Origin: Epiperipatus broadwayi
Taxonomy: Eukaryota; Animalia; Onychophora
Direction: 5' to 3'
Length of the DNA stretch: 64,000 nucleotides
Assembly (NCBI GenBank): GCA_028023455.1
Contig: JAQFVV010000002.1
Location: forward strand, 14,384,001-14,448,000
The notes below the pieces were generated by a model. That model did no database searches. It was not told the DNA's origin and saw nothing but the letters and a program-made list of their open reading frames with translations. Both the position numbers and the translations under genes were made by a program. Below are positions 38,819 through 52,450 of this stretch, piece after piece; within the stretch, counting starts at the first letter, position 1; each line of letters begins with the position of its first letter.

Positions 38819-39539
38819 TACTGTTTATCAATCTCTCTTCACCTGACTGGCTTTGATTACCCTGCCCCCATCCAGTGCTGTTACATATTCGTATTTCCCA
38901 TTCATAAGCTTTGAAATCTCCAATTTATGGCTTTACCATTGCACCTCCAATCAAAAGAAGAAGAGAAAAGAAAAGATATTTATAGTTGCGCACGAGTTCG
39001 CATATAGTTTATACATCTCTATTATCATTACACGTTGCCCAATTACCCTCTCTTCCACCATCGATCTATGCTGACTTTCTTCTAAATTCGACTAAACGCT
39101 CTATTTAGACCTCTGAAAACCATTAGGGTTAACAGTAGTTTTTATTAATAACTCAGATAACGTATAAAAATATATATATCCATTTCCAGCGTATTAATAC
39201 GGCTCATTGTTATTGCTCTAAAATATATATTCCAGTCGTCTTTTTTTTTCCCTTTCCTTCTTTTTTCTTTAACAATAAAAAAAAAAATTTACACGGAAAA
39301 AAAAAATTTAAATCGTTCGCCGTTTTTCCTTTCTCTACCCTCATAAACTGCGTGAAAGTATCGGATTTTTGTTTACTATACCGACTTCGTGTCAAATCCA
39401 CTGGTCGTTGCGCTCTCTTTTATTTAAACCTTCTACTATATTCCTATTCCCCATCGCTCTCCAGCGGCCCCACAGTTGCGACGTCCAGTTATAACGAACC
39501 GCTTTGCCCGCGGAAGGGTCGTATTAGTAAATTCATAAA

Positions 39540-41140
39540 CAGAAAAAAGGATTATTAACATGAGGAGCATTAAGTGGGATACTTAGTAATATATATATAT
39601 ATAAAAGATTTAATGATTAATAATAGTAATAGTCCAATTTTTATAAAAAGGTATATTGATGATTACTTATTAATATTTAATGAGTTGGAGACAAATAATC
39701 TTGAAGAGATTAATAAATTAGATAAAAATATAAAATTTATAATAGAAATAAAAAAATGATATTAAATTATCATATTTAGATATTTTGGTAAAGAAGTCAA
39801 TATAGGAATGGTAAATATGAAATAGAAACATCTATATATAAAAAAAACTAATATAGATAGTAATATAAGTAATTGGAATTCTAATATGGATATAAAATAA
39901 GTAGTATAAATTCAAGAATATATAGAGCTATGAGTTATTACTCAAATAAAGAAGATTATAGTAAGCAGGTAGAATTGATAATTAAAGAGCTGAAAGATAA
40001 TGAATATCCAAAGAAAGTTATAGAAGAAAATATAAGAAAATCAGAAGAAAGATTTATTATAAATAAAGGGATAGTATGTAAAAAAGATAAAATAAATAAA
40101 AATAAATATATGCGTATTAAAACAATAATATTATTGTAAAAAATATGAATAGAATAACTCTTAAAATTAATAAAAAGTGTAATAATGCAATAAAATTTAA
40201 GATAGTAAATAGAAGAAGAAAAATATATTTACTATATTAGATAATAAATATGTGGAAAAGGTTGAAAAATGTATAAATGGGGTGTATAAAATTGAATGCA
40301 AGTCATGTAAAAGTAAAAATATAAAAACTAATTATGTAGGTGAAACAAAGAATTTAATTTATACAAGATTAATTCAACAAATATGAGAAAAGATCACTTA
40401 TTTATTTGCATACATTAGAAACAGGTCATAGATTTGAGAAGGATAGTATAAAAATGATTAATTATACCAATAATAGAAGGGATAGGAAAATTAAAGAGAC
40501 AATATTAATTAAAAATATAAAACAAAATAAGGATTTTGGAATAAAAAACAATTTCATAAATTATTATTAAAAATAGTATATAAAAAGGTTAAAGGGAATA
40601 GAAAAGATAAAGTTGAAAAAAATTAAAATAGAGGGAGTTGTTAAGAAGGAGTAAAAAAAATAATCAGTTGGGTTTAGAAATAAGATATATAAGTAATAGA
40701 TTTTAAAGTAGTGAGTAATTAATAATGTGAAAAGGTATTAATTAATTAAAATATAAAATAAAGAAAATATAAGAAAAGGTTAGAGTAATTTAAAATGATT
40801 TTATTTTAAAAAAGAATATAAGTAAAAAAAAAATAATAAAAAAACATGTATTAAATAGAATTTTAAAAGGCTATAAAATTATAGTAAATAGATTTAAAGT
40901 AATTTAAAAGTAAAATAAATAAATGTGAAAATTAAAATTAGTTAAAAGTAAAATAAATAAAATGGGATAGTATATAATTATTATATAAGTCAGGTTAATA
41001 TATATATGTTGATTATATGTATATATGAACATGTGTATAAAATGTATTAATTATATGGTTATATATTTGGATATTGTAGCTCTGATGATGATTACAGGAC
41101 AGTCAAAACTGTAAGAGTAAAGTTTGATAAAAATAATATT
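39540..41140 (+). mobile_element. Degenerate Penelope-like element abutting the truncated Gypsy 5' LTR
   Basis: FIKRYIDDYLLIF (RT), NEYP, GVYKIECKSC and NYVGET (GIY-YIG), ETGHRF, and a decayed hammerhead core at 41082-41113. Confidence 0.85.
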
Positions 41141-43370
41141 GTTTTAAGTGTATAAGAAAGTTGAAAATGGTATGACATTGATGTGTAGATAACTCTATAT
41201 CTTTTATGAATTAAAAATGTAAAAAATTAAATATTGTTTATTTATAATTTTTAGCAACCATTCTTTTTAGAACTAAAAATATATTTTTTTCCCTGGAACA
41301 ATGATGTTTATAGCAAAATATTGTAAACAGTAGCCAACTCTGGCCAAGACAAATAGTACAAGCTTATTATAACAAATAAATTTAGAATGGAAAAATGAAA
41401 AGAATTATTTTTTCTCATGTTATTATATACTTAAATATTTTCATTCCTTAAGTGATAATAAATTTTCAAACATTTTTAAAATAAGAAGAATATAAATATT
41501 TATAATTTGTTAAAAGTTTTTGTCTTCAGTAATTTCATTTAGCTAATAGTTTTTAAATAAAAAAATAAGAAGATAAATAAGTAAACTTTTAAGTAATGGT
41601 TAGTGCTTTTTAAAAGTAAAGAAAAGGCTAAAGTTTTAAAATTTTTTTAAAGAATATTGATTTTTAATTAATTAAAGTTGAGTTTTTCTTTTTATCTCTT
41701 CCTAAAAAAATAATGTTTTTCAAATCCAAGTATAATTAAAAGATATCTTTGATAATTAAAATATAATAATAATTACAGGCAATTTTTTCAATGATTAGAA
41801 TTTTAACTATTTAAAAGAAAAAAGGGAGAAATAACCTTTTGTAAAAATAGAAGTTAATGCTGTCATGTCTGAGATAATGTGATTAGATGGATAACAATAT
41901 TGTTTTAAAATATAAACGGGGAGGTGGTAGGTTAAAGTAGTAGACCTCAATATCTTGTAACAGTCTCTTTTAGTTTAGCTGTTGAAAAGAAAACAGCAGT
42001 AGCAGTTTAACTGTGAAGAGAACAGTGAGAAGTTAATGTTGTAGGCTGAAGTAATATTAGCCCCATTACTAGTTTTAAAATGGTTTTTGAAATGTATCTT
42101 AATAAAACTATATGCTAATCTGTAGCTAAAAGCTGAGTATCATTAACCAACATGTAGCTTGTTCACTAAAAGAAAATGTAAAAAAATAAAAATATTCCTA
42201 AAAGAAATTGATAACAAGCTTTGTGTTCCATCCAAAAGTATTATTTTCTCAGCCTGTGTTAATATGATTTGTAAATTATTGTGTTGTAAAATTAGAATTG
42301 ATAATTTTCTCTTCTGCTAATCTATCTGAGAAATCTATGTTGATACACAAATTATTATATTGAAAAATGGATGAATTTAACTTGTACTAATTAATCTAAC
42401 CTGGAAATCTGTTAATTTTTAAGTGATCATCATAATGGAAATTTGAAGTTACATGAAAAACTAACATGAAAAGTAACTGATACCTGTAAATTCAAAAGCA
42501 ACTAAAAGAGAACAAAACCACTGTAATAAGGTTATATTTGATGTCACATTTTCATTTACAAATTTTTATTTATACATCATTTACAAATAATTTTTAATAT
42601 AAGTAATAATTAATTGTATGGAATAATTTTGATTTAAGTTTTTTTGCTGAAGCATTTTTTATTTTTCCCCCCTTCAAAGTGTTAAATTATGGAATCTTCC
42701 TATTTTCATATGAAAAAGGGAAGAATGATTTAACTAATCTTAAGTTTTGATCTTTAATATGAAATCTTGTTTTTCAGTTTTAATTATTGAAAAGGGAAAT
42801 AACTGTATTAATTATATGTTAATTTAGTAATAAGAATCAATAGGTTATTCTTATTTGCTATATGAAATTATATTTTATAGAAATGTGTTATGTGTGAAAT
42901 ATGTTATAATTTTACTAATTTATTAGTTAATTAAATAACTATTTAAAAAGTAGTAGTGTTAATGTGTTATTCTTTTTTTTATATAAAATATAGAATTTTT
43001 ATTCAGAAATTTGGTTACAACATATGATAACAGTTAAACATAGAATATATTACATGATAATCAGGGGGATTAAAGTTCAATAATGATATCTTGCTTGACA
43101 CCAGCTAAAAGGACTAATATGAAGCATAGCAAGAAACAAGTCCAGAATAGTATCCTGTTGATAGGTGACCATGCTTGTGTGTCTTATACAGTTCAACGAT
43201 AAATCTGATCCTTTGTCCATGCTCTGCATGATCACACTGACCCTTCATATTGGAGGTTACTTCCATAAAACTCAGGGTCTGGGCAATAATCATGCAGAGC
43301 AAGGTAAGTCATCACAAAGGGATGCAGGCCATTCAGCCTCAAATCACTCTCCAGGGTAGGAGCTTTCTAT

Positions 43371-46300
43371 TCAGGAATGAAAGGGATCAGCTTTTGGGGG
43401 CCAGGTCAATAATCTCCATGTAGAATCATAGATGTAAGAGGGGGCCAAATTCTGGTCCCTTTTCTGAATTTTTTCCATTTTGTTAATATAGAGCTCGAGT
43501 GGACATTCCAGTGCATGATTAAAGGTGAGCCAGCACCATGTGTACCATAGTGAGAATAGTACAAATGTTGTTAATCGTATCTCCAGGATGGATCCACATA
43601 GTATATTGTCAATGAGAGTTGACAGAGCAGGTGTATTGTTATTTAACATGGAGGCTATAAGGACTCTGTAGGGGTGAAGAGAAACACAGTGGCAGAGGAG
43701 GTGAAGAGAAGTTTCATCCTCTCTGAGGCATAGTGAGCAAGTGGACTCTATGTTTGAGAATCCTCAGCGATGCACCAGAAAGTGTTTAGTAGGCAAGGCA
43801 TTAATATTTATCTTCATCAGGAAATCAAAATATTTGGGTTCAAGGAACCATCGCTTAAATTTCTTGATTAGCAGATGGTTGTTAAGCCTGAGGAGAGTTG
43901 ATCCTGCAGAAACATCAGGATTAAGGATGTAGTATGCATCCCAGAGCTTGATTTTCATTGAGGATGATTTTTTATGAAGCATAGTATGTTTGGAGATAAG
44001 ACATGCGAGGGTTGCCAGCCAATTGGTCCTAATGGGGGAGGCTTATCTGTGGGAATGACCTCTCTGGAGGGTGAATAGTTGGGATACTGCAGACACATTC
44101 TGTAGAAAGAATTGTAGGAATGTTGAAATATAAAAGTATCTATGGAATGTAGGGATAATCCATTGAGTTTTGTGTGTTTCTGTAGATTTCTCAAGCTTAT
44201 GGTTGCACTTTTGCCCCCTCTAATCAGATCAGTGCCCATCTTCTGTATCTTCCTGATGAAGACTTTGGTAAAATTGACTACTGGGGTGAAATAGGATATT
44301 CTAGGGAATATTAGTATATTGATAAGGGAGGACTTAGTGAAAATGGACATGTAAACTTTGGATAGAGAGGATGTGATTCTCTGTGTGGATTGAAGTAGCT
44401 TTCCTTGGATAGATCTCATGGCAGAAGCGGATTCAAATGTAGGGATGCCCAAGAAGTTTTGTGGCTTTGCTGCAAATGGTCCTGGAATGGTCTTACCTGA
44501 GGATATATACCAGGAAGATGACTTGGTCATATTAAACTGGAGGCTGGATTGATCAGAGAACTCTTTAAGTATTGATAGAAGTCTGGGAATTAATTTTTTT
44601 GATGGAAGGAAAACAGCCAAGTCATCCATATAGGTGATGTGATGAATTGATGTATTTAAAATTGGGATATAAATGCCAGGAAGAGATCTCTCAATTTGAA
44701 GAAGCAGAGGGTTGAGGTAAGTGATGAAAAACAGGGCACTCAGGGGAGAGCCCTGTGGAATGGAGGATGTGGTGTAGAAAGGGGGTGAAAGCTTCCCATT
44801 CAGTGAGATGCTCACTTCATGATTGAAGAGGTTTCTAATAATGTTTACGATTCCAGTAGAAATATCATGTTCACCAAGTAAGTTTAAAAGGTTATTGTGT
44901 TGGATAGAATCAAAGGCAGCTGCAATGTCGAGCTGCACAACCACCGGTCTTGAGTGCCTGGAGGATCTGATCTGGTCAGTAATGATTTTAAAAAAGATTG
45001 ATAGCATTTGTGGTTGAGCTGCCCTTTTTTGCAAACTGATATTGCGAAATAAGGGGAAGAATCTTGTTTTGAATTTTGTCCTTGATAATAGATTCAATGA
45101 CCTTGACCATCAGTGGGGTCATAGAGATGGGCCACAGATTCTCCAGTGGAGAAGGAATTATGCTGCGCTTTAGAAATGGCACCATCGCTATGGGATAAAG
45201 ACCACCAATATCATGGACACCAGAAGAAAGGTGATTAATTAAGTTGTACGTGATTGGAACTGAGAATTTAGACAGGTCTAGTAGTAGGAAGTGGAGAATT
45301 GCATGGAGACCCAGATGGGTCCTTTCAGGCATTGAGGTTAACTTAGTTAGAACATCTCCCTCCGAAATGCCATGATCAGAGGGTGAAGAATCCCAAGTTG
45401 AGTCCTGTTTGGAGTCAGGTGCATGGGTGGAAAACTTTTCCCTGAAGAATGAAAAATTTTTAGAAGCATGTTAGTTCCTGAATAAAGGTTATTTCCAACC
45501 ATAATAGATGGAGTGGATTTCTTGTCTCTATGGCCCAGATTCCACCTAATGTAGCCCCTGGACCAATTGTGGGGCTGACTCAAGAAAATTTTTGACTTTT
45601 TGATAGAGAGATACTCTGCCAAAATCAACTGTTTATTTTTGTATTGGGATTTCAGGTTGATGATGGATTCTATAGGGATTGTATCAAGAGGAAGATTTTT
45701 AAGGGTGTTGTTGAGTGATTCAAGTTCCATCAGGAGTGAAGATGGCCCTTTATTATGTAATGTATAGTTTGAGATCAATGACATTAAAATATGGATGAAG
45801 GTAAACCAGGCATCGACCAGTGGCAAAGACAGGATATGAATTTTGTGAAAATATATGTATGCCTCAGAGACGATGGCTTCAGGTGATGTGGACTTGAGAA
45901 GGATTCTCGTAGTTGTGCTCAGACCTGGAATATTGCATGACTCAGATTTAAAGATAGTTTAATGGATAATGCCAAGTGGTCAGAAAAGGCTATAGGTTGG
46001 AGTGAGGGGTCAATCAGAAAATGTAGATCAGGCATATAGTAGATTAGGTCTATGAGAAAGGTATACCTTCTTGTATAGAAGGAGAAGGCATTCAGAGGGA
46101 AGAAGCCCTCTCCACTCATGAATTTGGTATTAAGACGATGTATATATTTAGCTGTAAATTCCTGGTAGGAGGTGTTAAAGTCCCCGAGAAAAATCGTCGG
46201 ATAAGGGTTGGAAGCAATTGTGATGCTAATCTGTTGGATTATCTGTTGAATTAGTAATTCATTTCAGTAGAGGTACACATAAATTATGTTTAAAGTGAAA

Positions 46301-46605
46301 GCTTTGTGGAATAAGGTGGCAATAATTATATGTGGGTTTATATAGTTAATTTTAAAAGATTCAAATGGGCTACTATTGGAGATTAAGATTGCCACTCCAG
46401 CAGCAGATGAAGGAGAAACCGAGTGATGAAAATATCCCAGATTGCCAAGGAGGCTCAGGATTTTGGAGTTTGAAAACTGGTGCAATTTGGTCTCAGAGAG
46501 ACATACAATATGTGATGAGTATTGCTTAAACCATTTGGCCAATGCATCCACTCTATTCAGGGAATTCAGCCCCCTTATATTAAATCCCACTATATTAAGC
46601 CTCAT
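43371..46605 (-). pseudogene. ORF2p (APE-RT-zinc finger), frameshifted
   Basis: FNIRGLN..CLSETK (APE), FSDHLAL, LDIAAAFDSIQH, PQGSPLSALFF, YMDD, and SLC..EDETSLHLLCHC at ~43690-43740. Confidence 0.9.
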
Positions 46606-47297
46606 GAGGCATTACTTTAACAGATAATTATTGTGTATCTATTGGGCAATTGGTGATAATTTGGAAATAATTAAATGAGTTTTGAATGTGTGATCACACA
46701 CTCAGCAACTATTGGTCCTGCTAAGAGGACATATACCAGCTTTTGCTTTTGATGTTCTGGATCACAAGCCATCCATGGAAGAAACTCCAGTACTAGTTTC
46801 TTGTGGATCCACAGTCTGGCCAGAGGTTCCCTCCCTAGACTCTTTGTAATGCAGGCCTTCAATAGGTTTTGGTTCAACACTCGATGATTTGGAAGTCTTA
46901 GGTAGCTTTAATTTAATATTCTTACTTGGAACAGGGGTTTGGCAAGGTTTGCCTATATCTTTATTGGGTAATTCACAACTGCTTGTTTGACTATCTGCCT
47001 TAGGAATAGGCTTACATTTTTTCCCAGGTTGCTGGGGAATAAGATATTCGGTGTCCGAGGAGTCTATGCTTTTGTTATTTATTTTTTTGAGTATAATTTA
47101 TTCACTGAAGATTTGGAATCTGTATTCTGTTCATTTGCCTTCCTTTTGTTGGGCAGAGGCAGAAGTCTCCTCCATGACTGAATATGCTGACTCAAAAGAC
47201 TCATCCAATGCACATATGGAGAGTGCGTGAGAAGGCAGAGTCAGGGCCGACCTTATCAACAGGTGATGATGAAGGACATGTGAAGTTTTCCACTGCC

Positions 47298-48686
47298 TCA
47301 GATGCTGAAGAGACTACCAAAGATGTTAGAGGATAAGTGGAGCTTTTCCATTGCCTCAGATACTGCAAAGTCAGTCCTGGAAATGGGAGTCTCCACAGTT
47401 TGCATCACTGGACCAGAGTTACAGAAGTGGGTTTTGTTTTTAATTCTTTTGCAATTGTGGCAAATCCTGGTCGGGCAGTCCCTCACTAAGTGGCCCCTGT
47501 GGTGGCAGAAGAAACACTGTGGAGGAATGCCACGGAAGGTAATGACAAGAGGGGAAGTGTCCACATTGTAGAGAATGGAAATATCATTGGGGTTTGATTC
47601 CTTATTCAGGGAAAGATCGAAGAAGGCAGTATTTAAACAAACTGGAAGGTCTATGCCCCTAATCAGTTGATATCTAAAATTTGATACTTTGCCATAGGGC
47701 CTGAGTATTTGCTGCAAATCACTCTCCCTGAATTTAAAGTAACAATTCCATATTTTGCCTGACAAGATTGTAGGACGATTCATATTAATATTGCAAATGA
47801 TTTTTCCATCAAGATATTTGAAGGATTTTTGGAAGACTAAATTTTGAGTAGGATTGTTGAACTCAATTATCATGTATCAATTATTGGGATGTTGCAAAAT
47901 TTTATGAATCAGGTTCCATAATTTTCTCTTTATTATCTCGTGATATAGTTCATTAATTGGGAATTTAAATAGATCACAAAAGTGTTGGTAACAGCTAAGA
48001 TTGAGGTGTTTTCACTGTGGAAATTAAGGAATGATTTATGTAATTGGGGAGGAATAGTATTATTAAATCTGTTTACTATTAAGTCAATTTCTTTTTGCTC
48101 CAAATTTAGATTGAGAGTATTGGGATTGCTACAAATATCAGTTAAGTCTTCCTCAATCTCTTCATCAAGTAAATTGAACAAATCTTTTTGATTTTTTGAA
48201 GCTTCCCATGCCATAACGTTAGGCTCACTAAGGCCTGCCTGTGTGATGTTAGCATAGAGGGCTTGCTGTTAATTAGCATCTTAGGTTGATTTTGGGAAGG
48301 GGAGGCATTTAAATTGGAAGACTTTATGTTAGTTTTCATATTTTTATCAATTTTTTTATTAGTATTTTGAGAAAGTTTTGACTTATTAGAAAAATTAAAA
48401 GAAAATTTACTGTTGCTATTTTCCAAGCTTGGGAAATCTAAAATTCCAACGATCTCACTGGAGGGTTTATTTTGACCATTATTGTTTTGAAATTTGGACT
48501 GTGGATCCTCTGTGGTGAACTTTTGAGAACAGGTAATTTTTTTACTGACAGTAGCATCTCTGGATGGAGTGGTAGGCTGCAAAGAACAAAAACCTGTGTT
48601 ATTTTGCATTTCCAAGATGGCTTTTCCTTCAGCTTGTTCCATTGAAGGTTCTGAAAACAGCTATAAGCCTCTTCAGAACTAAGCAA
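47298..48686 (-). pseudogene. ORF1p: low-complexity N-terminus, RRM-like region, CCHC knuckle
   Basis: LRPYGKV (RRM-like) and PPQCFFCHHRGHLVRDCP in 47298-47873; upstream pieces are broken by stops and frameshifts. Confidence 0.75.
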
Positions 48687-50039
48687 TTTATCTACTCTTA
48701 ATTAAGAAGAAAAGTAATGAGTTTAATTATCAAAGAAAGTGGTTTTCACAAGGAAAAACCCAGAAAAATGCAGAAAAAACTAACTTTCTATAAGAGCCTT
48801 AAATTCAATCAAGTTAACTCTAAGCTATAGAGGGCGCTATTCTGTAATGTGTTATTCTTCTAGCTATCTGTTCTAGAAAGTGGTATTGTGTGCAACTTGA
48901 CTTCAACAGAGCATGGTGTTTTATTAAAAGATTAGTAGCTTATTCCAATAAAATTCTTTAAAATTAAGATTTATTTAGATATACACATTTCTTTTGTTCA
49001 CAGTTACTGTTCCCAGGGCCATTGCAAGCTTAAGCTAACTTTAGAGCAATAACAGTTAATACATTTGTATGTGGAGGTATATGTTTGTGTTTGGATATCC
49101 AGATTGTTTTCTGGATGACACAAAGGAAAAATTACCTTTAAAGTCCATTTACACACTTTAAGAGATTATAAATTAGTTTATAGTTGGCCTATACTCTTAT
49201 GATAACTTATGGCAAGAGTATTGATTATGATCAGCATATATCAGGATTCCAGCATTATTATGTATTATGATAGTTTCTTTAGCACTTAAGCATGTGCATA
49301 TGGGTGATTAGTGTATACCATGTGCTAAGTTTGGCATGGCTAGATAAGTAGTCTATCTTTTCATATAGATTCTCATTTAGATCTCAAAACAGGGAATCAC
49401 TGTTAATATTCTTGTTTGATGCTGGTAATATAAGTTATAATTCTAAGATGATTCTCATGCTCCTCTGTGTTTGTAGTTGATTATTCATTGTTATTTGGCA
49501 TAATGTTAATTGTGATTATGGTATTTGGGGATTATGTTTTGTCATCTCCCAATATTTATCTCTTTGTCCATACTATGTGCATATATTGTATATGTACTGT
49601 AAACAAAACAATTAAAATGTAGAAAGATAATTGTTTTTATTAATTTCCAATTTAATTTTTTTTTTTTTTTTTGGAAAAATACTAAAATTACGATTTGTAA
49701 ACTTTATATTCTTGACATCTAAACTATTTGACTCATAAATATATTGTAATATGATCATCAAGCTTACTATGCTTCAACATAAAAATAGAAGTAATTGGAA
49801 AAATGAATATAAATGTTTTTTTTTTTATTTGTGAAAAACTGTTTGTTAGACTAGATAGACATTATAATACATACCAAAAGCATGTATGTGTAACATATAA
49901 CATTTTCAATAATCTTAAATAGATTATTTATATTATTATGTAAAAGAAATCAGATGTGTTATTAATTAATATAATAATGATAATTGATTCATTTTTCAGC
50001 AAATGATGTTCAAGCATTTAGTATTAGGTTGAGTATAAA

Positions 50040-52450
50040 GTTCCATTTAATAAATCAAACTGATCTTCACTAAGAGAACCAAGGGGCACCCAAGACTGCT
50101 AAAGGAGCTGGATACCATAGTGGAAAGAGTCAGTGAGCTAACAACTATGGAGGCCAGGGTGGAAGAGATCCTTAGCCTTAAAAGGCAGTACAGAGATAAA
50201 ACAGAAGTTTCTTGCAAATTATATTGCAGTAAAGAGAGCCAAAATCTATTTATCCATAAAGAACAACTGGATGCAAAGCTACCTGGGTTGGTGTGAGAAG
50301 ACTCATGCCTTCAATGCTGTCCATAGATAATTGTAACTACATAGGAAGCACTATGTTGGAGAAAATAGATGATCACTTTAGAGAGAAGTTGCAGAATTCC
50401 AGTTATGAGATTGGAAATGTTTGACAAGGTGACCCAGCATTGCAAGATCATGCCATTACTGAGTGTCAAATTCTCCATTGGCTGAGGTCTTATCCAGAAT
50501 ATGTACATCTGGACCTTCATGGGATACCACAATTTATCTTGTTGCCCCTGAGTATTTTCACAGTTAAAATAATCGATCAAGTCATTGGTGTGTTGTCCGG
50601 GCAATTTCAGATCATCCCCAACCTGTATCCCATTGCACTTGTACCTTTTCTCAAAAAGCCATTGAATCCATCTCCATTAACTAATTTAAGACCCATATCA
50701 GTAACCCCATTATTAATAAAAATCATCGAATCACTTGTTAAGGATAAGATCCAACAGTGGCTGCTCAATAAAATTTGCTTGCACCAATTTGCCCACAATA
50801 GATCATCCACCATTGAGGCAGTAAGGAGATTCCCCTTATTGGTGGAGTATATAAAGACCAAAAAACTATCAAGACCTATTGTGTTGCAGGTGGACTTCAT
50901 GGCAGCATTTGACTCTGTGTACAATTTTGGAGCACTAAGGTTTACATCAGAATTATAGCAAATCTGCTGCTAAATAGATCAATATATACATCATTGGATG
51001 GATCTTTGGCCCCAGGGTTTAAACCATACCTATATATACCCCATGGATCACCTCTTAGCACTTTGTGTTTCATAGCCTATGTAAACCCCCTATTAACAGC
51101 TATTGAGAAACATCTTCCTGGATGTTTGTGCCAGTGCATCATGCCAGTGCATCACATATCAGATGTTGATGACATCACACTCTTCCTCCCCTCACATAAA
51201 TACTTGCCCAAACTATATAAACTTTTGGATGAATACACTGGGAGATAGGGGTTAAGAATAATCTCTGAGAAATCTGCTACCTGGAAGATCCATCGGGTGA
51301 CAACAATTCCTCTCAGGAAAGGCTCAAAATTTTCTTGGATTCCCTATAGTGCTGTCTAGGTCAGCTATGAAAAGAGCACTGCAAAACAACAAAACCAAAA
51401 AGGTTGCAAGTACTATCTCAGGTTTCTTCTTATCACTCCCGGGTAAGGCGGCACTGAAAAGCATGTTGGTGCTTCCACAAATTAATTACTTCATGCCAAT
51501 TCTTAAACCAACCAGGTCCTTTCAGAATGCATTAAACTTAGTCTGTACTGGCATCTTGTGGAAGAGAAAAACAGTAACCATCAGTCTAGGCAAGATGCAG
51601 AGACAGAGAGATTTGAATGGGCTTGGGTTGCATGATCTTAATACCTTTTTTATTCAAAAAATCCTTATCAATGCTTAAGGCAATGAATGCAATACTGTCC
51701 CGTCCATACAAAGTAAGTGGGCCATTGAACTGCTAACATATGCCAACAAAATCTTCAAAGTCACAACATCAATTATTAACAATACTAACACTTACTGGCA
51801 AGTTTACAAATACATGCATGCAAACATTACTGAATTAACTACTTAGCTTGATTTATCTACCAGATTAGTAATCAGGAAATTAAAATTTTGCCACTTAGAG
51901 GCCAAACATATTGATTTTATCATAAAATTAAATTTGAAAGCCTTGCCAATGAATCATTTTTTGGTAAATTATAGAAATTTCTCTAAAATAGAACCACTAT
52001 GTAGCTTATGTAAATAGCAGATGAAACTATTGGACATATTTTTACTGCTTGCCCATTTTTGAGTCCTGCTAAACAGAATATTATAACCAGAGTACTGCCA
52101 GCTAACACGAAAATTCTCAGAATCAAGGATGCTATAACGAGTGGTGTTTTTGTTGCAATTAGAATGGGACTGTTTTTGCTTTATGCCATGTGATTAACTA
52201 GAAATTATTTTGTTTTTAAGCAAGAAAGTAGGGAACCATGGGAGATATGTAAAAAATTTATTTGAAGGACTATGTTCAGGGATTACTTGTTAATGCTGGA
52301 AAAACTCTCTGGGGACACTTGGGGGCAACTTAGGCCACTGCATGAAGAACCTATCCTCAGACATACTAATTAAATATTAATTCAAGGTTAAAAAATAAAA
52401 TGGAGAATAACAAAGGATTACTGCCAATCAAAACATGGACTGCATGATGA
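50040..52450 (+). mobile_element. 5'-truncated Tx1/L1-like LINE of a related but distinct family
   Basis: PIALVPFLKK..NLRPISVTPL..IESLVKDKIQ and DFMAAFDSV parallel the 45-kb RT; PHGSPLS, DVDDITL, and CSLCK..ETIGHIFTAC finger at ~52000-52050. Confidence 0.85.

Larger units (their letters stand above)
33226..39538 (-). mobile_element. Near-complete Ty3/Gypsy LTR retrotransposon with truncated 5' LTR and no env
   Basis: 3' LTR 33226-34984, PPT 34985-34995, gag-PR-RT-RH-IN, PBS 39467-39487, and 49 bp of 5' LTR (39490-39538) matching 33226-33274 with one transition. Confidence 0.95.
43100..48840 (-). mobile_element. Near full-length Tx1/L1-clade LINE (decayed)
   Basis: ORF1 (RRM plus CCHC), then ORF2 (APE, RT, CCHC finger) in canonical order. 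Confidence 0.9.
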
